From: Ruminococcus sp.
GTDB taxonomy: Bacteria; Bacillota; Clostridia; Oscillospirales; Ruminococcaceae
Assembly (NCBI GenBank): GCA_017620025.1
Contig: JAFZRF010000065.1
Span: forward strand, 12,414-76,413
Direction of reading: 5' to 3'
Length of the DNA: 64,000 nucleotides
In this document: piece after piece, positions 1-8,245 of the stretch
Layout of the letters: every line of letters begins with the position of its first letter
Position numbering within the stretch: position 1 is the first letter of the stretch
The notes under the pieces: model-generated
What the model saw: only the letters and a program-made list of their open reading frames with translations
Databases searched by the model: none
What the model was told of the DNA's origin: nothing
Translations under genes and position numbers: made by a program

Positions 1-1268
1 AAACTCTCCGCTACAGCGGCTATGACGTAAAGAGAGTCATGAACATCACCGACGTCGGACACCTCACCAGCGACGGCGATACCGGCGATGACAAGATGCT
101 CAAGGGCGCAAAGCGTGAGCACAAGACAGTCATGGAGATAGCAAAGTTCTATACCGATGCCTTCTTCGAGGACTGCCGCAAGCTCAACATCAAGACCCCC
201 GATGCCGTTGAGCCTGCAACCTCCTGCATCGACGAGTTCATAAAGGTCATCTCCTCACTGATAGAAAAAGGCTACGCCTACGAGGCAGGCGGCAATATCT
301 ACTTCGATACCTCCAAGCTTGAGAAGTACTACGTGTTCAGCGATTTCAAGGAGGAGGATCTTGCGGTCGGCGTCCGTGAGGGCGTTGAGGAGGACGGCAA
401 CAAGCGCAACAAGGCGGATTTCGTCCTCTGGTTCACCAAGTCCAAGTTCGACGATCAGGAGCTCAAGTGGGAGAGCCCCTGGGGCATCGGCTACCCCGGC
501 TGGCATATCGAGTGCTCCTGCATCAGCATGAAGCATCTCGGCGAGTACCTCGATATACACTGCGGCGGCATCGACAACGCCTTCCCGCACCACACCAACG
601 AGATTGCACAGTCAGAGGCATATATCGGCCATAAGTGGTGCAACTACTGGTTCCACGTTCATCACCTCAACGACGAGACAGGCAAGATGTCCAAGAGCAA
701 GGGCGAGTTCCTGACTGTCTCCCTCCTTGAGCAGAAGGGCTACAAGCCGGTGGTTTACCGTTTCTTCTGCCTTCAGTCCCATTACCGCAAATCACTGGTA
801 TTCTCCTGGGACAACCTTAAGAATGCAGAGGCTGCATACAACAAGCTTATAGAGAAGATCATCCCCATGCTCGCCGACAAGTCCGGCGCTGTTGATGAGA
901 AGGCATTCGGCGAGCTGAAGCAGAGCTTCCTTGAAGCTCTCGGCAACGATATCAATACGGCTCAGGCTGTTACCGTCCTTTACGACGTGCTTAAGTCCTC
1001 AGCAAACAATGCAACAAAGCTCGCTCTTATCGCTGACTTCGATACCGTACTCGGCTTCGATCTTATCGCAAACGCAGAGGCCGCAGCTGCTGAGGCAGAG
1101 GCTGCCGGAAACGATATCCCCGCAGAGGTACAGGAGCTTCTTGAGCAGCGTCAGGCTGCCCGCAAGGAGAAGAACTTCGCTCTCGCAGACGAGATACGTG
1201 ACAAGATAACTGCTCTCGGCTATGAGGTGCGTGAGACCCGTCAGGGCACTGAGATAAAGAAGATATGA
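1..1268 (+). CDS. cysS: Cysteine--tRNA ligase (5' end outside window)
   Basis: NITD, GWHIECS, HHTNEIAQ and KMSKS motifs; C-terminal RxxARKEKNFALADEIRD; frame is open from the window start. Confidence 0.97.
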   Translation, partial: TLRYSGYDVKRVMNITDVGHLTSDGDTGDDKMLKGAKREHKTVMEIAKFYTDAFFEDCRKLNIKTPDAVEPATSCIDEFIKVISSLIEKGYAYEAGGNIYFDTSKLEKYYVFSDFKEEDLAVGVREGVEEDGNKRNKADFVLWFTKSKFDDQELKWESPWGIGYPGWHIECSCISMKHLGEYLDIHCGGIDNAFPHHTNEIAQSEAYIGHKWCNYWFHVHHLNDETGKMSKSKGEFLTVSLLEQKGYKPVVYRFFCLQSHYRKSLVFSWDNLKNAEAAYNKLIEKIIPMLADKSGAVDEKAFGELKQSFLEALGNDINTAQAVTVLYDVLKSSANNATKLALIADFDTVLGFDLIANAEAAAAEAEAAGNDIPAEVQELLEQRQAARKEKNFALADEIRDKITALGYEVRETRQGTEIKKI

Positions 1269-1333
1269 CATACCCGCAGCGGAGGGTCTGAGGCTCTCCG
1301 CTGTATTTAGTATAACAGGAAGGAAGGTGCGGT

Positions 1334-3889
1334 ATGAAGAGACTGACCGCAGGCATCACCGCTCATGTTGACTCCGGCAAGACCACTCTTGCAGAGGCTC
1401 TGCTTTTCCTCACCGGCGGTATCCGCAAGGCAGGAAGAGTCGATCACGGCAACGCTTTCCTTGACAACAGTCAGATAGAAAAGGACAGGGGCATCACCAT
1501 ATTCGCTCATCAAGCGGAGCTCACCTGCGGCGATGCGGAGATATCCCTCCTCGATACCCCCGGTCACGTTGACTTCTCCGCCGAGACAGAGCGCATCATG
1601 CAGGTGCTCGATTTTGCCATACTCGTCATAAGCGCCACCGACGGAGTACAGAGTCACACCTCCACCCTGTGGAAGCTGCTGAGGAAGTATGAGGTGCCGG
1701 TATTCGTCTTCGTGAACAAGATGGACCTCACGACCGCAGAGCCCTCCTCGATACTCGAAAAGCTGAACAGGGAGCTCTCCGGCGGCTTCGTCGATTTCAA
1801 CCTCCCCGGGGAGGAGATGAAGGAGAACTGCGCCGCCTGCTGTGAGCACCTGATGGAGAAGTATTTCTCGGACGGCGACATCTCTGACGACGACATATCC
1901 GCTGCCGTAATGCAGAGACGGATATTCCCCTGCTTCTTCGGCTCTGCGCTGAAAATGCAGGGCGTTGAGGCTCTTATCTCCGCCATTGACCGCTTTGCCG
2001 CCGAGCCGCCCCGTCAGGAGGGCTTCGGCGCGAAGGTCTGTAAGATATCCTACGACAGCAAGGGCAGCCGCCTTACGCATATCAAGGTCATGGGCGGAAA
2101 GCTCTCGGTGCGTCAGGAGCTTACCTATACCGGTCAGGACGGCGAAGAACACACCGACCGCATAACCTCCCTCCGGTTCTATTCCGGCGAGAAGTTCCGC
2201 ACGGCCGATACTGCCGAGGCCGGACAGGTATGCGCTGTTACTGGCCCCGAGAACACCTACGCCGGACAGGGCATCGGACATATACGCAACTCCGACAGAG
2301 CCATGCTCGAGCCGGTCATGTCGTACCGTGTCATGCTCCCGCCGCAGAACGACCCATACAAGGCGCTGAAGGATATGCGTCAGCTTGAGGACGAGGACCC
2401 GCAGCTCCATGTGGTATGGAACGAACAGCTCCGGGAGATAAGCCTGCAGCTCATGGGCGAGGTACAGCTTGAAGTACTCACAAGGCTTATCGAAGAGCGA
2501 TTCGACTACAGCGTGACCTTCGGACAGGGCGCAGTCGCCTACAAGGAGACTATACGCACCATAGCCGAGGGTGTCGGACATTATGAACCCCTCAGGCACT
2601 ATGCCGAGGTACATCTGCTGCTTGAACCCGGTGAACGCGGCAGCGGCATCACCATAGCCTCCTCCTGCCGTGAGGACGACCTTGACAGGAACTGGCAGAG
2701 GCTCATCCTCACCCATATCGGCGAAAAGGAACATCTCGGCGTGCTTACGGGCTCCCCCATAACCGACATAAAGATAACCCTTGCCTCAGGAAAGGCACAT
2801 CTGAAGCACACCGAGGGCGGCGACTTCCGGCAGGCTACATACAGGGCGATACGTCAGGGGCTGAGAAGCGCAGAGAGCGTGCTCCTCGAACCCTACTACG
2901 ACTATGAGCTCGAGATACCGGCGGAGTGCGTGGGACGTGCCATCGCCGACCTGCAGCATATGTCCGCAGAGTTTGAAGCACCTGAGACACGGGGCGAGAC
3001 CGCCGTTATAACGGGAAGTGCTCCTGTATCGGAGCTGAACGGATATATGGCGGCAGTCATCGGATATACCCGCGGAAAGGGCAAGCTGATATGCACCTCC
3101 GGCGGATACCGTGAATGTCACAACGCCGATGAGGTCATAGCAGCTATCGGCTACGACTGTGACAGTGATGTGGAGAACAGTGCTGATTCGGTATTCTGCT
3201 CCCACGGAGCAGGCTTCGTGGTAAAGTGGGATGAGGTGCCGGAGCATATGCACCTGCCCTCCTGTCTTGCGCCTGAAACGGACGAAGAAGAGGTACAGCA
3301 GGCACCGGTGAAAAGAAACTACATCACAGAGGCCTCCGACAAGGAGCTTATGGAGATATTCGAGCGCACCTACGGCAAGATAGACCGTGACCCGAGAAAG
3401 GCCTTCCGCAGGGAACGTGAGCCGGCAGACTACAGCAAGCCGGTAAAGCTGCCGGACTATGAGGGGCCGGATTACCTCCTTGTTGACGGCTACAATATCA
3501 TATTCGCCTGGGACGAGCTCAATAAGATAGCTCAGGAGAATCTTGACGCCGCACGCTCACAGCTCATAAACATACTCGCAAGCTATCAGGGCTATGACGG
3601 CAGCGAGCTCATACTTGTTTTCGATGCCTACAAGGTACCCGGCAAACACCGTGAGATAGAGAAATACTACAACATCAGCATCGTCTATACCCGTGAGGCA
3701 GAGACTGCCGACAGCTATATCGAAAGAGTGAGCCATGAGCTTTCCAAGAAGCACCGTGTACGTGTAGCCACATCTGACGGACTGGAGCAGATGATAATAC
3801 TCGGCAGCGGCGCCATGCGCATATCGGCCTCGGAGCTGAAAAAGCGTGTAGAGGACGCAGCGGCGGCTATGAAGGAATACAGCAAATAG
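1334..3889 (+). CDS. EF-G/TetM-like translational GTPase fused to a C-terminal NYN (YacP/Rae1-like) nuclease domain
   Basis: G motifs AHVDSGKTT, RGITI, DTPGH, NKMD, GSAL; EF-G-like EDP, MGEVQLEV, LLEPY; C-terminal LLVDGYN, VFDA, TADSYIE, VATSD. Confidence 0.9.
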   Translation: MKRLTAGITAHVDSGKTTLAEALLFLTGGIRKAGRVDHGNAFLDNSQIEKDRGITIFAHQAELTCGDAEISLLDTPGHVDFSAETERIMQVLDFAILVISATDGVQSHTSTLWKLLRKYEVPVFVFVNKMDLTTAEPSSILEKLNRELSGGFVDFNLPGEEMKENCAACCEHLMEKYFSDGDISDDDISAAVMQRRIFPCFFGSALKMQGVEALISAIDRFAAEPPRQEGFGAKVCKISYDSKGSRLTHIKVMGGKLSVRQELTYTGQDGEEHTDRITSLRFYSGEKFRTADTAEAGQVCAVTGPENTYAGQGIGHIRNSDRAMLEPVMSYRVMLPPQNDPYKALKDMRQLEDEDPQLHVVWNEQLREISLQLMGEVQLEVLTRLIEERFDYSVTFGQGAVAYKETIRTIAEGVGHYEPLRHYAEVHLLLEPGERGSGITIASSCREDDLDRNWQRLILTHIGEKEHLGVLTGSPITDIKITLASGKAHLKHTEGGDFRQATYRAIRQGLRSAESVLLEPYYDYELEIPAECVGRAIADLQHMSAEFEAPETRGETAVITGSAPVSELNGYMAAVIGYTRGKGKLICTSGGYRECHNADEVIAAIGYDCDSDVENSADSVFCSHGAGFVVKWDEVPEHMHLPSCLAPETDEEEVQQAPVKRNYITEASDKELMEIFERTYGKIDRDPRKAFRREREPADYSKPVKLPDYEGPDYLLVDGYNIIFAWDELNKIAQENLDAARSQLINILASYQGYDGSELILVFDAYKVPGKHREIEKYYNISIVYTREAETADSYIERVSHELSKKHRVRVATSDGLEQMIILGSGAMRISASELKKRVEDAAAAMKEYSK

Positions 3890-3919
3890 CGTGAGTGCGG
3901 CATATTGCCGCACTCACTG

Positions 3920-3979
3920 AAATAAGAAATAATAGAGAAGAAAGAATAAAGAATAAAATTGGTATCGCCTTCGGCGATG
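3920..3979 (+). repeat. Heptamer-like run (GAATAAA) plus GGTATCGCC-TTC-GGCGATG mini-hairpin, copy 1
   Basis: Near-identical unit at 12619-12663; related inverted unit at 45450-45503. Confidence 0.7.
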
Positions 3980-4047
3980 GATTTTAATTATGCTGTAAGG
4001 CCTGATTTGACTATTCGCCTGCTCTGTTTTTCATAAGTCTGGGATTA

Positions 4048-4078
4048 TAAAAGTGGCGGACTGTTAAGTCCGCCACTT
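4048..4078 (-). terminator. Intrinsic terminator of the dockerin gene
   Basis: Minus strand AAGTGGCGGACT-TAAC-AGTCCGCCACTT then T-run, just after the stop codon. Confidence 0.8.
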
Positions 4079-4082
4079 GCTT

Positions 4083-5417
4083 TTATTTCTTAAGAGGAAG
4101 ATCCTCCTGATTTACTACTCCTGCATCTACCTGCTGGATAACGATAGCATCTGTGCCGGTGATGCCTTCCTCGCCGTCAATATCGGCATTGATCAGACCG
4201 GCATCCGAGAGAGGATACTCCTCTGCGTTTGCTACGTACTGAAGAACGCCGACAGCATCGGCAACAGTGATCTTTCCGTCACAGTTGGTATCGCCGTACT
4301 TTATAGCCCTGACAGTTGAAATAACCTCGCCTGTCATGCCTATCTTCTCGTCGGCTATATCATTTACATCCTTGGAGATATTGAACATCTGGTCATGGTT
4401 CATCTTTTCTGATGTGAGAACATATCCGGCGCCGCCGGCTGACCATGTATCGCCGATGTAGAAAAGCTTCTCGTTCAAAGTAGTTGCTGCAAACAGCACG
4501 CCGTATGCGATATGCTTTCCGCCGTCCTTCAGCTCATACACTGCAACTCCGTCGCCTGTTTCAAGAGAATAGCCTTCCCTGGCCTGATTAACGATATATG
4601 TAAGAATATCTGAGGGCTCTGCGATATCGCCGTAGCAGCCGACAAATTCAAGAGTCCAGTCACCTTCGACCGTTGTTCCCTGCGTGTCCAGAGAGGTGAT
4701 AGGTTCATCAAGGCCGTAAGCATTGCAGGTACCGCCCTTTGTCGGGAATGACGGAGATCTGTTACAGTTATAGCAATACGGGAAGGCATAGTTCATCTTG
4801 CCGTAAGCCTCGACCACATCGCCCTCGCCATAGTAATTATCATCGCCGACCACCTTGTAGTATATCTTATACTCGCCGGTCTCCGCTGCCTCGGGTATCT
4901 TTTCGCTCCACTCGCCGTCGTCGCCGAGCTTGTACATAACAGTGCCGCCTGTGGTCTTTATCTCGTCGATAAGAGGCATGGGCTCACCGTTGGTTATACG
5001 TGAATAGCTGTCAGAGAAGGTAAGGTTCGGGATAGCCTTTGTTATCTTCACCTCAACGGTCTCCTCGGCTGAATCGGAATGCTCCTCGTCGCCTTCAACG
5101 AAGTATCCTACGGTATATGTGCCAGCATTCAGACCTGCGGGAATCTCCTCGGACCACTCGCCGTCTGCGCCGAGTCTGTACTTAAGAGTACCGCCCTCCG
5201 CTGTACCGGCTTTTACAAGAGTCTGCTCAGAACCGGTATACCTCAGACCTTTAACAGCCTCAGGTGCTGCAGTTACTGCTGCTGCGGCCTTTTCAGCCTC
5301 ATCGGCCGCCCATGCTGTGACGCCTGTGCCGGATACCACAATATCCTTAGGTACAGCACATACTGCTACAGCCATTGCCAGTGCGAATGCAGATGCTCTT
5401 AATGTTCTCTTCTTCAT
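4083..5417 (-). CDS. Secreted dockerin-bearing protein with two MBG-like repeats
   Basis: Signal peptide MKKRTLRASAFALAMAVAVCA after GGAGG; two repeats of GGTxxYxLGxDGEWSExIP; C-terminal GDTNCDGKITVADAV...ADIDGEEGITGTDA. Confidence 0.85.
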   Translation of the reverse strand: MKKRTLRASAFALAMAVAVCAVPKDIVVSGTGVTAWAADEAEKAAAAVTAAPEAVKGLRYTGSEQTLVKAGTAEGGTLKYRLGADGEWSEEIPAGLNAGTYTVGYFVEGDEEHSDSAEETVEVKITKAIPNLTFSDSYSRITNGEPMPLIDEIKTTGGTVMYKLGDDGEWSEKIPEAAETGEYKIYYKVVGDDNYYGEGDVVEAYGKMNYAFPYCYNCNRSPSFPTKGGTCNAYGLDEPITSLDTQGTTVEGDWTLEFVGCYGDIAEPSDILTYIVNQAREGYSLETGDGVAVYELKDGGKHIAYGVLFAATTLNEKLFYIGDTWSAGGAGYVLTSEKMNHDQMFNISKDVNDIADEKIGMTGEVISTVRAIKYGDTNCDGKITVADAVGVLQYVANAEEYPLSDAGLINADIDGEEGITGTDAIVIQQVDAGVVNQEDLPLKK

Positions 5418-5666
5418 GGTCAATACCTCCTTGAAACTCCAACCCTTTTCATGAACCATACCGTCTCCGGCCGTTCCGGAGCTTTCTGTATGATTATGCC
5501 TTAATTATATCACATGATGTATTATTATTCAAGTACATTTTGTGAACATTTTTGATATTTAATCTATCATCAGAGAAGTTCCGTGCAGGATACTGCTATC
5601 TATGCGAAAGAATAATTATTCATCGTCGGTGATGAATAAATAGCGCTGCGGCGTCTTTTCCGAAAG

Positions 5667-5724
5667 AAAAGACACATAAAAGAATAACAAAGGACACAGA
5701 AAGGACACAACAAAGTGATATAAT
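5667..5724 (+). promoter_or_regulatory. Phased AAA(G/A)GACACA direct repeats plus extended -10
   Basis: Repeats start at 5667, 5689 and 5700; TGaTATAAT at 5716-5724; no consensus -35. Confidence 0.5.
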
Positions 5725-5759
5725 CATGTCAGAAATTTCTTTCAGAAGAGGAGACCGCC

Positions 5760-6686
5760 ATGAACAGGAACTCATACCTTGCCGGAATAAAGAAAGGCTT
5801 CAAGCTGAGCGCTCGCATCATAACTGTATTCGCCATTGCAGCAGCACTGGTCTTTGTCTATATCCGCACTCACCCGAAATGGAAGGCTGCCGAGCTTACG
5901 ATTGAAAGCGCCGGCAGGTTCTACGATATACAGTCATTAGCGCCCGAAGGCATGACACTTGGGACACGCATACTCCCTCCGGAGGGGTATGAACGTGTTC
6001 CGGCTGAGGAGGGCAGCTTTGCGGAGTATATGCGGAGCTATCCGCTGCTGCCCGATGATATAAAGCTGCCGGTATACGACGGGACAACGCTCGGTTCAAC
6101 AGATGCGGCAGCCGTACTGGATATAAGCCTCGGCACGGACGGATATCAGCAGTGCGCCGACAGTGTGATAAGGCTCTACAGCGATTACTTCTACGATACG
6201 GGGCAGTATGACCGGATATCCTTTCAGCTCTCAAACGGAGATGAGTGCAGCTATGACCGCTGGAGAAAAGGAAAGAGGATATTTGCGCTCGGCGGATTTT
6301 CCTGCGAGCTGCCTGCGGCATTCCCCGACGACAGCAGGCAGCAGTACATGAACTGCCTCAAGGAGGTCATGCGCTATGCCGGTACGCTCTCACTGCAGAA
6401 GGAATCTGCGGTAATATCCGCCGGAGAGCTTCGCACCGGAGATATCATCTGCAACGATGCCCATGTGGTCATGATAGCCGATGAGGCAGTGAACGAGAAC
6501 GGTGAGAAATGCTACCTTATAGGCCAGAGCTTCATTCCCGCCGTATGCTTCCATATTCTCACACATACCGAAGGAAAAACGGTATCACCGTGGTTCACAC
6601 AGGAACAGCTTGCCGAGGAGAGCTTCGTCATCGGCGGATTCCCGTTCAGGGCTGAGAACATACGCCGGTGGAAAGAGGGCTTCTGA
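5760..6686 (+). CDS. Membrane-anchored DUF4846-like protein
   Basis: N-terminal TM helix; PPEGYER, QQCADSVIRL, AGTLSL, HVV and GQSFIPA motifs. Confidence 0.75.
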   Translation: MNRNSYLAGIKKGFKLSARIITVFAIAAALVFVYIRTHPKWKAAELTIESAGRFYDIQSLAPEGMTLGTRILPPEGYERVPAEEGSFAEYMRSYPLLPDDIKLPVYDGTTLGSTDAAAVLDISLGTDGYQQCADSVIRLYSDYFYDTGQYDRISFQLSNGDECSYDRWRKGKRIFALGGFSCELPAAFPDDSRQQYMNCLKEVMRYAGTLSLQKESAVISAGELRTGDIICNDAHVVMIADEAVNENGEKCYLIGQSFIPAVCFHILTHTEGKTVSPWFTQEQLAEESFVIGGFPFRAENIRRWKEGF

Positions 6687-6785
6687 TACGCATACTCCCC
6701 GCCCCGCACGATAAACACTTGACATTTCCTTAACTATGAGTTAAAATAGTATGTGACTATAAATACAAAAGCGAGGTAGCTTATT

Positions 6786-8192
6786 ATGCTGAAAAATAAT
6801 GAAAAAGTAATGGACAAGATCGTTGATCTCTGTAAATCCAAGGGCTTCGTTTACCCCGGCTCAGAGATCTACGGCGGTCTTGCAAACACATGGGATTACG
6901 GCCCGCTCGGTGTTCTCCTCAAGAACAACATCAAGAACGCATGGCTCAGAAAGTTCGTTCAGGAGAACAAGTACAACGTAGGTCTTGATTCCGCTATCCT
7001 CATGAACCCCCAGACATGGGTGGCTTCCGGTCATATCGGCGGCTTCTCAGATCCTCTCATGGACTGCAAGGAGTGTAAGACACGTCACCGTGCAGACAAC
7101 CTAATCGAGGACTTCGACGGCACAAACGTTGCCGGCTGGAGCAATGAGCAGATGACAGCCTACATCAAGGAGAAAGGCATCTGCTGCCCCAACTGCGGCA
7201 AGCAGAACTTCACAGATATCCGTCAGTTCAACCTTATGTTCAAGACCTTCCAGGGCGTTACAGAGGACTCCAAGAGCGAGCTCTACCTCCGTCCCGAGAC
7301 TGCACAGGGTATCTTCGTAAACTTCGCCAACATTCAGAGAACCACAAGAAAGAAAGTCCCCTTCGGTGTTGCTCAGGTAGGTAAGTCCTTCCGTAACGAG
7401 ATCACTCCCGGCAACTTCATCTTCCGTGTACGTGAGTTCGAGCAGATGGAGCTTGAGTTCTTCTGCAAGCCCGGCACTGACCTTGAGTGGTTCGATTACT
7501 GGAGAAGCTACTGCAAGAACTTCCTTCTCTCCATCGGTCTCAAGGAGGAGAATATCCGTCTGCGTGACCACGATCAGGAGGAGCTCTGCTTCTATTCCAA
7601 GGCTACCACAGACTTCGAGTACCTCTTCCCCTTCGGCTGGGGCGAGCTCTGGGGCGTTGCTGACAGAACAGACTACGACCTCACACAGCACATCAACACC
7701 AGCGGCAAGTCACTTGAGTACTTCGATCCTGAGACAAACGAGAAGTACATCCCCTACGTTATCGAGCCTTCACTCGGCGTTGAGAGACTCTTCCTCTCCG
7801 TTGTTACAGAGGCTTACGACGAGGAGGAGCTCATCAGCACAGACAAGGACGGCAACGAGAAGAAGGATGTCCGCACAGTTATGCACTTCCACCCCGCTCT
7901 CGCTCCCTTCAAGTGCGCAGTTCTTCCCCTCGTGAAGAAGCTCACTCCCAAGGCTCAGGAAGTATACGATATGCTCTGCAAGAAGTTCAGCGTTGACTTC
8001 GACGAGGCAGGTACTATCGGTAAGAGATACCGCCGTCAGGACGAGATCGGCACTCCCTTCTGCGTAACAGTAGACTTCGATACCATCGAGAAGGACAACT
8101 GCGTAACAGTACGTGACAGAGACACAATGGAGCAGGAGCGTATCCCGCTCGACGAGCTCGTTTCCTTCCTCGAGAGCAAGATGGAGTTCTGA
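6786..8192 (+). CDS. glyQS: Glycine--tRNA ligase, alpha2 type
   Basis: [52 protein letters not shown]; TTGACA-17-TAAAAT promoter at 6719-6747. Confidence 0.97.
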   Translation: MLKNNEKVMDKIVDLCKSKGFVYPGSEIYGGLANTWDYGPLGVLLKNNIKNAWLRKFVQENKYNVGLDSAILMNPQTWVASGHIGGFSDPLMDCKECKTRHRADNLIEDFDGTNVAGWSNEQMTAYIKEKGICCPNCGKQNFTDIRQFNLMFKTFQGVTEDSKSELYLRPETAQGIFVNFANIQRTTRKKVPFGVAQVGKSFRNEITPGNFIFRVREFEQMELEFFCKPGTDLEWFDYWRSYCKNFLLSIGLKEENIRLRDHDQEELCFYSKATTDFEYLFPFGWGELWGVADRTDYDLTQHINTSGKSLEYFDPETNEKYIPYVIEPSLGVERLFLSVVTEAYDEEELISTDKDGNEKKDVRTVMHFHPALAPFKCAVLPLVKKLTPKAQEVYDMLCKKFSVDFDEAGTIGKRYRRQDEIGTPFCVTVDFDTIEKDNCVTVRDRDTMEQERIPLDELVSFLESKMEF

Positions 8193-8210
8193 TAATCATA
8201 CAGTATATAA

Positions 8211-8242
8211 AACAGCACTTCCGCATGGAAGTGCTGTTCTTT
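8211..8242. terminator. Bidirectional terminator between convergent genes
   Basis: AACAGCACTTCC-GCAT-GGAAGTGCTGTT flanked by A- and T-rich sequence. Confidence 0.75.
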
Positions 8243-8245
8243 ATG

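Noticed and set aside
1334-3889. Tetracycline resistance gene (tetM/tetW/tetO)
   Set aside because: About 200 aa longer owing to the NYN fusion, in core chromosomal context, with no mobile-element genes nearby
6719-6785. Gly T-box before glyQS
   Set aside because: The promoter leaves only ~30 nt of leader and there is no T-box motif
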